This document shows positions 1 to 10,206 of a stretch of DNA of 64,000 bases, one piece after another (the first letter of the stretch is position 1; each line of letters opens with the position of its first letter). The notes under the pieces were generated by a model. The model saw only the letters and a program-made list of their open reading frames with translations. It did not search any database and was not told the origin of the DNA. This stretch comes from an uncultured bacterium (GTDB lineage: Bacteria; Krumholzibacteriota; Krumholzibacteriia; LZORAL124-64-63): assembly GCA_963732385.1 (NCBI GenBank), contig CAVSZB010000007.1, positions 352,001-416,000 on the forward strand, read 5' to 3'. A program made the translations under genes and the position numbers.

Positions 1-3000
1 GTGCGGGGCCAGGATCGCGGTCGCCCTCGGGATACGCTCCTGAAGCAGCAGGGCCGCCGCCCGGAAATCTGGGTTGCGCGAGGAAGCGGCTCCTGCATCC
101 GCGGGCCCAGCACCGCCTGCCCCAGCGCCAGCAGGCTCATCCCGTGATGGTGGGCCATGAAGGCCGGCACCACCGTCCCCCGCTCCCCCTCCGCCGCGCG
201 GGCCGGCGTGAAGTCGATCGCCTCGTAGAAGCCGTAGGGGCCGAGGCAGGACTCGCCGGCCAGGCGCCGCAGGTTGGCGCACGCGCGCTGGGGATCGACC
301 AGCAGCGCCAGGACCGAAGCGTACGGCGAGACGACCAGATCGTCGCCGAGCCCGCGTTGCAGCCCGAGTCCCGGCACGCCGAAGGCGCGGTACTGGTAGG
401 TGCCTTCGGCATCCGTCACGTTGTAGCACGACTCGGAGATGCCCCACGGCACGCCTCGCTGCCGGCCGTACTCGATCTGGCGGGCCACGGCCGCGTGGCA
501 GGTCTGGTCGAGGAGCGTGCCGCGGAAGTCGGGCATCACCAGGAGCGGCATCAGATACTCGAACATCGAGCCGCTCCAGCTGAGCAGCACCTGGCGGCCG
601 CGCGCCATCGTCAGGCGCCGGCCGAGCGCGAACCAGTGGTCGAACGGGATCTGGCCGGAGGCGATGGCCACATAGCTGGCCAGTCGCGCCTCCGACGCCA
701 GCAGGTCGTAGATTGCTGTTGTCGAGCCGGCGATCCGCGACCCAGTACCCGATGACCAGGAGTTTTCGCCGCGGATCGTAGAGGAACGAGAAATCCGCCT
801 CTGTCAGGCCCGCACAGCGTGCGGCGAGGGTTTCGACCAGGAGGATGCGCGCCGAAATGCGCTGCGCGCCCAGTCTGAAGGCTTCGGCCCGACGGCCTCC
901 ATCATCGTCGCCAGGGAACGTGCCCCGCACCTCGGCGGCCAGGCGCGCCAGACTGCCGAGCACCTGCAGGCTCGGAGCCCGGTCGATGTCGGCGGCGAGG
1001 CGCGGCGTCAGTCCCCGGAGCGCCGCCGCTCCGCCCGCGAGCCACGGCGCCAACTCGGTCAGACTCCGCCAGGAAAGCGCGCGCCTGACGGTCGAGCGAC
1101 TTCGCCCACCAGAGCGCCTCGGGGTTTTGCTGCTGATCGAGCGACTCGGCCAGTTGCGCGGTCGCAACGGCGAGGTCGCCCAGGCGGGACGCCCAAACCG
1201 CAAGGGAGTCGATGGGGGCAGCCAGGAGTCGCATGATCGGCTCCAGGGCCTGACCGGGCCGACCTGCCCGGCCAGCACGCGCACCGTGTCGCGCAGCCCT
1301 GCGAGCGCCCCGGCCGGCAACACCGGCCGCGCGGGCAACTCCAGCAGGCCGCTGCGCAGCACTCTGACGTGCCCGATCAGGTTGCCGCTGTCCACGGTGG
1401 AGACGTAGAACGGCCGCAGCGCCTTGCGGGTGATGGTGTCGTACCAGTTCAGGAAGTGGCCCCGGTGGCGCTCCATCTGCTCCATCGATTCGATCGCGCG
1501 GGTGGTGCGGTCGAGCAGTTGCGCGCCGCTCAGGTACCCGAGGTCGTGCGCCGACAGGTTGGCGAGCAGCGCCAGCCCCATGTCCGTCGGACTGGTGCGA
1601 TGGGCCACGCAGTGAGTCGGCCGCTCCTGGAAGTTGTCGGGAGGCAGCCAGTTCTCCTGCGGCCCGACGAAAACCTCGAAGTAACGCCAGGTGAGCCGGG
1701 CGATGCCGCGCAGGAAGCGCACGTCGCCGACGTCGAGCACCGTCGTGTCGGACGGCAGCGGCCGGCTGACCCACCAGGCGGCCAGAGGCGACAGAAACCA
1801 CACTACCAGGAGCGGAGCCGCCGAGGCGACGGCACGCGGGGCTGCCAGCGCGATCAACAGGGCCGCGACCGCCGTGGCCAGGGCCGGGCAGACCCACATC
1901 CGGGCGAGGACGTGCCCCATCCCCGCCGGCGCAGCACGCTCGACCGCCGCGGCCGTCTGCCACTCCAGCAGGTGCCGCCGGCTGAAGCCGATCCGCCACA
2001 GCGAACGCAGGGCGGCATCGACGGCGATCGTCGCCTCGAACGGCAGGAACGTCAGCCACAGCGCGACTCTGGTGAGACGACGGGCGGTCGACCTGGCTAC
2101 GGTCGCGACGTGCAGCGATAGCGGAAGTTTCGGCGGGCGGCGGGCCAGTTCGGCCAGTCCCGGCAGCAGTTCGGGAACGAACAGCAGCGAGAGGACCGCC
2201 AGCGTCCACGTCAGGGGCGCCGGCAGCACGAGCCAGCCGAGCGGCCAGCAGGATCAGGTACGCGGGGGACACGAGAGCCCGGCGCAGGTTGTCGAAGATC
2301 TTCCACCAGCCCAGGACGGCGAGCGACGGGGAGATCCTGCGGCCGGTGGCGTCGCTGACCCGCAGGCCGAGCCAGGGGGCGATCTGCCAGTCGCCGCGCA
2401 TCCAGCGGTGACGGCGGCTGACGTCGGCCAGGTATCCCGATGGCGCGTCTTCGAGCAACTCCACGTCGCTGCACTGGCCGGAGCGGGCGTAGCACGACTC
2501 CAGCAGATCGTGGCTCAGCACGGCGTTGTCGGGGAAGCGGCCGTCGAGCAGCCGGCGGAAGGTCCGGACGTCGTAGATGCCCTTGCCGATGAAGGAGGTC
2601 TCCGCGAACAGGTCCTGGTACAGGTCCGAGACCACTCGGGTGTAGGGATCGAGGCCCACCTCGCCGGCCAGCAGCCGGGAATAGCGGCTCTGCACGGCGC
2701 TGCGCAGCGAGATGCTGACACGCGGCTGGAGGATCGCGTAGCCACGGGCCAGGCGCTGGCCGGCCGGATCGAACGCAGGGCGGTTCAGCGGGTGGGCGGC
2801 GGCGCCCACCAGTCGCCAGCCGGTCCCCCATGGCAGGTCGGTGTCGGTGTCGAGGGTGATGACGTAGCGGATCGAGGTGAGCTGCGAGACGTCGCCCACG
2901 ATCCGGCTGAAGCTGGCCCGGTCCTCGCCGCAAAGTAGCGCGTTGAAGTCCTCCAGCTTGCCCCGCTTGCGCTCGCGGCCCATCCAGCAGCCTTCCTGCG

Positions 3001-4794
3001 GGTTGTAGAGCCGGGGCCGGTGGAAGAGAAAGAATCGTCCGTGGGTGCCGTTGCCGTACTTTCGGTTCAGCACCTCGATGCCGTCGGCGGCCAGCGCCAG
3101 CAGCGCCTCGTCGCCCTCGACGTGCTCCTCGGTCGGCGTCGCGGAAGTCGGTCAGCAGTCCGAACCACAGGTTCGGATCGCGGTTGGCCAGGTAGCGGAG
3201 CTCCAGGCCCTCGAGGATCGCGCCGATGCGTCGGGGACCCGCGAGGAGCGTCGGCACGACGGCGATCGTGCGACAGTGCGTCGGGGATTCCGTGCTCGAA
3301 GTCCATCCGGGGCAGGGTCCGCGGCCTGCGGATGAGCGAGGCGAACCAGTTCACGGCCGCGATGGCGCACTGCGAGGCCGCCAGGACCGCGCCGAGCAGC
3401 CAGCACGGGCCAGGCGAGAGCGGGCGCGCCGTCGCGCCAGGCACGACCAGCCAGATGACGCCGGCGGCCGAGAGCAGCGCGACCGGCCCGAGATAGGCGA
3501 GCAGCCTCAGCCCCCGCAGCAGGTGCCGGGGGAACAGCCCCGCTGGACCGCTGCCCGCGCAGCGCCCGCTCGAGATGCTGGCTTCCGTCATCGACGAGCA
3601 GGTAGCCGACGTGGGCCGCCACGTCGGCGCTGCCGCGCGGCGTGACGCGCGGCGGCCAGCGACACCGCCGTCCGGGCCACCTCCTCCTCGTCGATGCGCA
3701 GCCGCCGCGCCGTGGACTCCACCACGTGGCGGTACTCGTCGCGGGTCGTGAAATCCATCCGGCGGTACACGCCCGGCGGGATCGCCGCGCAGGATCTCCT
3801 CGGTGGCGCTGTTGGCCTCGACGAACTTGTGCCACTCGGTGGCGTTGACGAGCCGCAGGCTGGCGATGCTGTTGGCCATCGAGGCCTGGTCGGCCGCCTG
3901 GCTCTGGCTCTCGGCGCGAACGACCTCCTCGATGGTCTGTCCCCGTTCGGCCAGCCGCTGCTCCAGCCACGCCAGCACGAAGGTCGTGGTCGCCCCGCGT
4001 CCCTGCAGGGCCTGCGTGAACTGGGCGACGAACGCCGTCGACAGGGGCGGGTTCTCGCGGACCATGTCCGCCAGCACGAGGAGGGCGGCGTCGTGCTTGT
4101 CCGAGGGGGCGTCGATCCGCTGCGCCCACGCCAGGGCGCGGTCCCGATGCGCCCGTTGCCAGCTGATGCTCACGGCGACGCGGCGAAGGTTCTCGATCAG
4201 GGCCAGCCGCAGCATGATGGCGACCGACCACAGCTCTCCCAGCGTCAGATGCGTGACCGACTGGTAGGCCGCCACGTAGCGGGCCAGCGCTTCGTCGTCG
4301 ACCCGCCCGTCGACATGCGCGATGAACTCGCAGGATGAGGTCGTAGATCCGAGGCCGGCCGGCCGCATCGTCCCCCGCCAGCCGCGGCAGCTGGCGGCTG
4401 TAGCCACGCGGGAAAGTGCTTCCGCGCCAGGTGGACCTGCTCTTCGATGAGGTAGTGATTGTCGAGCAGCCATTCGGCGGCCGGCATGAGGCGGCGTCCC
4501 GCGGCCTGCGCCCGCGACATCAGTTCGTGGCAGCGGGCGATCACCCGCTCCGAGTCGGCCAGACGCCGCAGCAGCTGGTCGTCGCCCCGTCGCCGGCCGG
4601 GTTGGTGGGCGGCGGCCAATCGCCCCGGCGTGCAGTTCCAACTGCTCGATCGCGAAGACCGCGCCGCGCAGCGGCGGATCGGCGCCGTCGGTCCGGTAGA
4701 GATCCTCGGCCCAGCCGGAAAGGTCGGCCGACGACAGCGGGCCCGGCGTGCCGCCGGACCCGGGAAGCCATCCGCGCAGGCGACTTCGCGCCAC
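1..4794 (-). pseudogene. ndvB: Cyclic beta-1,2-glucan synthase (Cgs/ChvB/NdvB family), broken by many frameshifts; 3' part runs off the window
   Basis: Family motifs are spread over all three minus frames: AEWLLDNHYLIEEQ, LGELWSVAIMLRLALIENLRR, WMGRERKRGKLEDFN, YVITLDTDT, FIGKGIYDV, LSHDLLE, RRHRWMRGDWQ, LPPDNFQE, GHFLNWYD, YDLLASEARLAS, SWSGSMFEYLMP, WGISES. GTG start at 4794 is inferred. May be an intact gene carrying sequencing indels. Confidence 0.9.
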
Positions 4795-4796
4795 CG

Positions 4797-4943
4797 CTAC
4801 ACGGGCCGCCGGCCGGAGATGACCCGGAGCAGGACCGCAATGACGGCGATGACCAGCAGCAGGTGGACGAGGCCGCCTCCGATGTGCCCGACCAGTCCTA
4901 GCAGCCACAGGATGATGAGAACGACAGCGATCGTGTACAACAT
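4797..4943 (-). CDS. lmo0937/DUF5670-family small membrane protein (48 aa; not in ORF track)
   Basis: Manual translation MLYTIAVVLIILWLLGLVGHIGGGLVHLLLVIAVIAVLLRVISGRRPV; purine-rich RBS GGGAAGGAA upstream. Confidence 0.85.
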   Translation of the reverse strand: MLYTIAVVLIILWLLGLVGHIGGGLVHLLLVIAVIAVLLRVISGRRPV

Positions 4944-4999
4944 GGCCAGGTTCCTTCCCAATCAGTGCGTTCAGCCACGGGGCGCGATTCGTCCCGCGG

Positions 5000-5212
5000 T
5001 CAGGCCCGTCGCTTCTGCACCACCAGCAGTGTCATGCCCCCCGCCAGGGCGAGTGCCCCGAGGATGGGCGACAGCGGGAAGCTGTGGTGCTCGGTGGCCG
5101 TGGCCTTCAGGTCGCCGATCTGCAGAACGGTCCGCTGGCGGTTGTAGCCGATGCCGCCGTAGACCAGCGCAACGATGCCGAGAACCACTAGTGCGACAGC
5201 CAGTATTTTCAT
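5000..5212 (-). CDS. Small two-TM membrane protein (DUF3185-like)
   Basis: 70 aa with two hydrophobic helices around VLQIGDLKAT; RBS GAAAGGA. Confidence 0.75.
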   Translation of the reverse strand: MKILAVALVVLGIVALVYGGIGYNRQRTVLQIGDLKATATEHHSFPLSPILGALALAGGMTLLVVQKRRA

Positions 5213-5242
5213 TTCACCCGATCCTTTCCGCCGCGGGAGCCG

Positions 5243-5746
5243 CTAGTGATAGAAGGTCCAGCCGACCGTGACCTTGACGTCCGGGATGTCGTTCAGGCTG
5301 AGTTTGGTCTCGATGAAGAAGCGGTCGCCGTTGGCGAGCCCCTTCTCGATCCCGCCGAGGATGTTGACCCCGAGGTCGGTCTTCGATTCATTGCCGTTGG
5401 GCGTGTCCCACTTCTTGATGTTGGCGCCGAGACCGCCGCCGAGGTAGGGAGTCCACACGTCCCGCCGGTCGGTGAAGCGATAGGCCGCCTCGGCGTTCAG
5501 GGTGTAGAGATTCAGATTGTCGCCGAAGCCGAACTCCACGTTCGGCTGGAAGCGGACGTGTCGCGCGAAGTTGCCGTAGTCGAAGTGGGCGCCGAAGTGA
5601 ACCTGGTCTGGGTCAGCCGACAGGCCCACCCGCGGGCCCCAGCCGCGGTAGCCGACGTCGGTATAGGGATCAGCCAGGGCCAGGGCGGGAACCAGGGCGA
5701 CCGCCAGGAGCGCGATGAGCAGGATTCTGGGCGTGCTTGACATCAT
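5243..5746 (-). CDS. Small outer-membrane beta-barrel protein
   Basis: Signal peptide (ALA-D), amphipathic strands, TPYLGGGLG, C-terminal VTVGWTFYH. Confidence 0.8.
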   Translation of the reverse strand: MMSSTPRILLIALLAVALVPALALADPYTDVGYRGWGPRVGLSADPDQVHFGAHFDYGNFARHVRFQPNVEFGFGDNLNLYTLNAEAAYRFTDRRDVWTPYLGGGLGANIKKWDTPNGNESKTDLGVNILGGIEKGLANGDRFFIETKLSLNDIPDVKVTVGWTFYH

Positions 5747-5766
5747 GTTCTCCCTCGGCTTGCCGT

Positions 5767-6414
5767 TTACCGCTGGGCCAGGACCTGGATGTTCGTGGGG
5801 GCCGTCATCAGGATGTTGAGCCGCTGGCCCACCGCGAGCTCCACCTCGTCGCCCTGGGTGGCGAGCATGAGAATGGTGCCGGCGCCCGCGCCTGCTCCCG
5901 CCCCGATCGCCGCGCCCTTCCCGCCACCGGTGATGCCGCCGACGATCGCGCCGATGACACCCCCCGCGGCGATCTTCTCGACGTCGCTGTGCGTCTCGGA
6001 GGCCGCCTGCATGGTGAGCGAACGTGCCGAAATGGCGTGCGAGGTTCCCTGGGCGTCGATGATATTGTCGAACCCGAGCGTCATCCGGGCGCGGCCGCTG
6101 ATCCGACCGGACGCCTGCACGTCGCTCAGGGTGCCGCTGATGCGCGAGCCGTCCGGCACGACGGTCTTGCCGCCGATGATGACGGGCCCGGTCGTAGTGG
6201 CGTAGAAGGAGTCTCCGGAGTGGTTGGTGCCGGTGTTGAGCGTCGAGCCGAGCGACGCGATGATGGTCGTTCCCGCCGGGAGGGTGAGCGTGGAATAGCG
6301 CGCCTTGGCGCTCGCAGTAGCCCCTGCATTAGAGGTCGCATTGTCCTTGCAACCCGCCGTGACGGCCACGGCAAGCAGCAGAACGATGCCGATGCTGACG
6401 GTCTGTCGATTCAT
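5767..6414 (-). CDS. Lipoprotein with TrbI/VirB10-like beta domain and glycine zipper
   Basis: Lipobox TAGC, LTLPAGTTI, SGDSFYAT, GGKGAAIGAGAGAGAG; RBS GGAG. Confidence 0.7.
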   Translation of the reverse strand: MNRQTVSIGIVLLLAVAVTAGCKDNATSNAGATASAKARYSTLTLPAGTTIIASLGSTLNTGTNHSGDSFYATTTGPVIIGGKTVVPDGSRISGTLSDVQASGRISGRARMTLGFDNIIDAQGTSHAISARSLTMQAASETHSDVEKIAAGGVIGAIVGGITGGGKGAAIGAGAGAGAGTILMLATQGDEVELAVGQRLNILMTAPTNIQVLAQR

Positions 6415-6468
6415 TATCTGGTCTCCATTGGTGGTGTGTGAGATCGGTGCCCGCGCACGAGCCGAAAA

Positions 6469-6879
6469 TCAGCGCGCCTTGCGACTTCTCCCTCCCGCCG
6501 CGCGTACGGCGCGGACTCCCCTGGCTCCCGCCTTGTTCCGCCTGGCCAGTTCCAGGGCCCGCAGGATCTCGCGCGGGTTCTGTCCCTGTGCGAGCACGGT
6601 GCGCAGCAGCCCGCGCGCTCCCGGCGTCGTGGCTGCCCATTGGCGTGTTTGGGAATCGAGCCCCGTGACGAGCCCCTCCAGTTGTTCGAACGTCGCGCCG
6701 ACCGGTCGCAGTTCGTGCGCGATCCGCCGCAGGAGCTGCTCGGACGGCCGCCGCCTGTCGTGCTCGATGTCCGAAAGATGCGCCGCGGAAACCTCGACCT
6801 TCGCGGCGAGGCCGCGCAGCGTGATGCCCGCCTCCAGCCTCAGCCTGCGAATCTCGGCGCCAAGGTGTGCTGTATTCAT
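6469..6879 (-). CDS. XRE-family helix-turn-helix transcriptional regulator
   Basis: LGAEIRRLRLEAGITLRGLAAKVEVSAAHLSDIEHDRRRPS; ATG at 6879. Confidence 0.85.
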   Translation of the reverse strand: MNTAHLGAEIRRLRLEAGITLRGLAAKVEVSAAHLSDIEHDRRRPSEQLLRRIAHELRPVGATFEQLEGLVTGLDSQTRQWAATTPGARGLLRTVLAQGQNPREILRALELARRNKAGARGVRAVRAAGGRSRKAR

Positions 6880-6886
6880 GTCACAT

Positions 6887-6915
6887 ATGTTAGCTAACAA
6901 AGCGTACATCGGCAA
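6887..6915 (-). promoter_or_regulatory. Sigma70-type promoter for the XRE gene, overlapped by palindrome TGTTAGCTAACA
   Basis: TTGCCG-N17-TAACAT ending 7 nt before the ATG; perfect 12-bp palindrome at 6888-6899. Confidence 0.6.
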
Positions 6916-7079
6916 GTGACGGCCGCTCTCCACGGCGCACGGGGCCGAGCCGCCGCCGCCTTCCCAAATGACGTGAGGTTGTCGTTAGGAGGAGAGTCGG
7001 TTCCATCCGTCTGCGTCGCGATCCGAAAGCGGAACCGGGAATGCCCCCGGTGTTCTCAATCAATTAATCGAAAATGTGG

Positions 7080-7108
7080 GTGCAATACTCCTCTAATTTT
7101 GGTATGAT
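7080..7108 (+). promoter_or_regulatory. Putative extended -10 promoter for the S8 protease gene
   Basis: GTGCAA-N17-TATGAT with TGn extension, in an A/T-rich patch. Confidence 0.45.
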
Positions 7109-7293
7109 ATCCATCGGCGCATCAGGCGGGCCAAGAGAGTCCCGTCGCGGGACGTACTGCGCTAGATGCCGGCTCCGCGCAGGGAGCTGGCCGTCCCGTT
7201 GGCGCAGGCAGAGCAGAGTCTCATCCTTCCCCGTCAGCAGCGTGGCGTCAGCTACGCGTGTCGGTACATGCAACCTGTGGGGGGACCACCATC

Positions 7294-10113
7294 ATGAAGC
7301 TTAGGCAATCGTGTCTCATCGCAATGCTGATCGTCAGCGCCTTGCTGGTGCCGCTCAGTCTTTTTGCGGCTGACAGGAGCAAGCTCAGCCCGCCTGCTCG
7401 CATCGCGCTGGCGCAGCTGCAGGGCGGGGCGTCTCCCCGCGACCTGATGCAGATGGGCGCCGGCGTCAACGAGGACGGCGATCTGGACGTGTTCATCCGC
7501 GGCACCGTCAGCCGGAGTGAGCTGGAAGCCGTCGGCGTCGTGGTGCGCAGCGAGATCCCGGGCGTTGTCTTCACCGCCTTCATCCCCGCCGCCGCTGTCA
7601 GTGCCGTCGAGGCGCTGCCGGGTGTCGAGCGGATCGATGGCGCGGTCAAGTACGAGGAGAACCTCAACGCCTCCGTACCAGTCACCATGGTCGACATCCA
7701 GCGCGCGGCCGGGCCGGGCTTCGCCGGAGCCAACGGCGCCGGCGTCCTGATCGGCGACATCGACTCGGGCATCAGCTATGCCCACGGCGACTTCGATGAT
7801 GCTGCCGGAAATACGCGCATCGTGCGCATCTGGGATCAGCTCACGGCGACCGGGCCCGCTCCCGCAGGCTTTGGCTACGGCACCGAGTACCTGCCGGCGG
7901 CCATCGATGCGGGCACGGCCCAGGGCAAGGATACGAATGGCCATGGCACGCATGTCATGGGCATCGCCGCGGGCGACGGGTCGCTCACCGGCGGCCTCAT
8001 CCCGGCCCACACCTATGTCGGCATGGCGCCCATGGCCGGCATCGTCGAGATCAAGTCGGACTACACCGACACGCACATTCTCGACGGCGCCGTGTACTTC
8101 TTCGGTCTGGCCGCCGCTCTGGGCCAGCCCGCCGTCCTGAACATTTCACTCGGCGGGCAGTACGGGCCGCACGACGGCACCGGGGCCCTCTCGGTCGGCC
8201 TCGACGCGCTGACCGGCCCGGGCAGGGCCATCTGCGTATCGGCGGGCAACGATGGCGGCACGACCTCTCCGCTGAGCCACCGGCACGCGAAGGTGCTCTA
8301 CGGCCCGACCTATCCAGCCTCCGTCAGCGCGGTGCTGACCCTTTCGGGCACCGGCGTCAACCGTATTGTTGGCGTTGACGGTGTTTACGACGCCGCCGAC
8401 GCGGTGTACGTCACGATCTCCCATCCGACCTACGGCTCGTTCGGCCCCTACGCGCTGGGCACCATCAACGCCGGTTATCCCGGCGTCCCGTTCGGTACCG
8501 GCGCCACCAAGGGTTATCTCTACGTCGAGAACGGCGCCGCCACGTTCGCCGGCGATCCGGAGATCTATGTCGAGATCCGCGCCGGCACAACCACGGGCTC
8601 GACCTTCAACGGCAACTGGACGTTCACGTTCCTGCCGGCGGCGCCCGCCGGCCCGGAGAACGGCCGGATCGACCTCTGGCAATTCTATACCAGCACGGGC
8701 GCTGTCGCTAATTTTTCCGCCGGGATCGATGACGCGGTCCTGCTCGGTGGCGACATCGCGACGGCCAACAATGTCATCACCTGCGGCGCGTGGATCACCA
8801 AGACCAGCTGGACGAACTGCGCCGGCCTCAACATCTCCTACGCCGTGACGACTCCGCCGACCACGGTGAATCTCCTGGCCGCCTTCTCGAGCAACGGCCC
8901 GACCCGCGATGGTCGCCTGAAGCCGGATATTGCGGCTCCCGGCCAGGGTATCGGCGCGGCGATGACGCAGGACACCTCCCTCGGGACCTGCACGACCACG
9001 AGCACGTTCTACAGCTACCTGAACGACAACATGAAGCACCAGATGCAGTCAGGCACCAGCATGGCCGCGCCGCATGTCACGGGGGCGGTGGCGCTGCTGT
9101 TCCAGAAGTTCGGGCCGCTGACCCGCGCCGAGATCATGTCGAAACTGGCCACGCTCGCGCTGGTCGATGGCAATACCGGCGCCGTGCCGAACAACAGCTG
9201 GGGCGTCGGCAAGTTGCGTGTCGATGTGACCGATCCGACCGCGACCGTCATCTACCCGAACAGCGCCGTGACCCTGGACATCGGCACCTCGGTGGACCTG
9301 ATCTGGACCGCCAGTGACCCGATCTGGAGCGGCGTTGCCAGCGTCGATCTCGAACTCTCGCGCGACAACGGCGCGAACTGGTCGACTCTGGTCTCGGGCA
9401 TCTCGAACACCGGCCTGTTCACCTGGACCCCGACCGCACCCACGACCACGCAGGCACTGCTGCGGGTTTCGGCTCACGACATGGTCGACAACATCGGCCG
9501 CGACGTGAGCGATGTTGCGTTCTCGATTCAGGAACCGGCGGTGGCGGTGGAGATGTCGCTCTTCAAGGCTGACAACACCGACAACGGCGTCCGGGTCTGC
9601 TGGACGTTCGTCGAGGCCTCGTACTTCGCCTCCTCCTGGGTGGAGCGCGCGAACAGCGGCACCAGCAGCTGGATCCGCATCGAAGCCCCGGTCGTCTCCT
9701 CGGCTGAAGGTTTCAGCGTGATCGATGCGACGGCCCAGCCCGGCACGGCCTACGTGTATCGCGTTGCGGCCACTACCGCGTCCGGCGAGACCGTCGCCTT
9801 CGAGCCCATCTCGATCACCGCCGCGAGCACGATCACGGAATTCGCCCTCGGGCAGGTCTGGCCGAACCCGACCAAAAACAGTTCCACGGTCAGTTTCAGC
9901 TTGCCGCGCGCGACGCACGTCGGCGTAAAGGTGATCGACGTTCGCGGTCGTCTGGTGACCACGCTCGTCGATGCCAACTACGCCCCGGGCCGCTACCAGG
10001 CGAGCTGGGACGGGCGCGGACGCGACGGCTCCACCGCGCCCAACGGTGTCTATTTCGTCCACCTCGTGACGCCGGACAAGCGGCTGGTCCAGCGCGTCAC
10101 CCTCGTGAGGTAG
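7294..10113 (+). CDS. Secreted S8 (subtilisin-like) serine protease with C-terminal FlgD-Ig/T9SS-like domain
   Basis: Signal peptide; catalytic triad IDSG / GHGTHV / GTSMA; SAGN oxyanion motif; tail WPNP...WDGR...GVYF. Confidence 0.92.
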   Translation: MKLRQSCLIAMLIVSALLVPLSLFAADRSKLSPPARIALAQLQGGASPRDLMQMGAGVNEDGDLDVFIRGTVSRSELEAVGVVVRSEIPGVVFTAFIPAAAVSAVEALPGVERIDGAVKYEENLNASVPVTMVDIQRAAGPGFAGANGAGVLIGDIDSGISYAHGDFDDAAGNTRIVRIWDQLTATGPAPAGFGYGTEYLPAAIDAGTAQGKDTNGHGTHVMGIAAGDGSLTGGLIPAHTYVGMAPMAGIVEIKSDYTDTHILDGAVYFFGLAAALGQPAVLNISLGGQYGPHDGTGALSVGLDALTGPGRAICVSAGNDGGTTSPLSHRHAKVLYGPTYPASVSAVLTLSGTGVNRIVGVDGVYDAADAVYVTISHPTYGSFGPYALGTINAGYPGVPFGTGATKGYLYVENGAATFAGDPEIYVEIRAGTTTGSTFNGNWTFTFLPAAPAGPENGRIDLWQFYTSTGAVANFSAGIDDAVLLGGDIATANNVITCGAWITKTSWTNCAGLNISYAVTTPPTTVNLLAAFSSNGPTRDGRLKPDIAAPGQGIGAAMTQDTSLGTCTTTSTFYSYLNDNMKHQMQSGTSMAAPHVTGAVALLFQKFGPLTRAEIMSKLATLALVDGNTGAVPNNSWGVGKLRVDVTDPTATVIYPNSAVTLDIGTSVDLIWTASDPIWSGVASVDLELSRDNGANWSTLVSGISNTGLFTWTPTAPTTTQALLRVSAHDMVDNIGRDVSDVAFSIQEPAVAVEMSLFKADNTDNGVRVCWTFVEASYFASSWVERANSGTSSWIRIEAPVVSSAEGFSVIDATAQPGTAYVYRVAATTASGETVAFEPISITAASTITEFALGQVWPNPTKNSSTVSFSLPRATHVGVKVIDVRGRLVTTLVDANYAPGRYQASWDGRGRDGSTAPNGVYFVHLVTPDKRLVQRVTLVR

Positions 10114-10136
10114 GCGCGGTCAGGAGCAAGGCTTTC

Positions 10137-10176
10137 AACGCAGCGGGCCCCGGTGAGAGCCGGGGCCCGCTGCGTT
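10137..10176. terminator. Hairpin between convergent genes (probable bidirectional terminator)
   Basis: Perfect 17-bp inverted repeat AACGCAGCGGGCCCCGG with 6-nt loop. Confidence 0.75.
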
Positions 10177-10206
10177 ACTTCCCAGGCGCCAGGGGAATCT
10201 CCTGTC

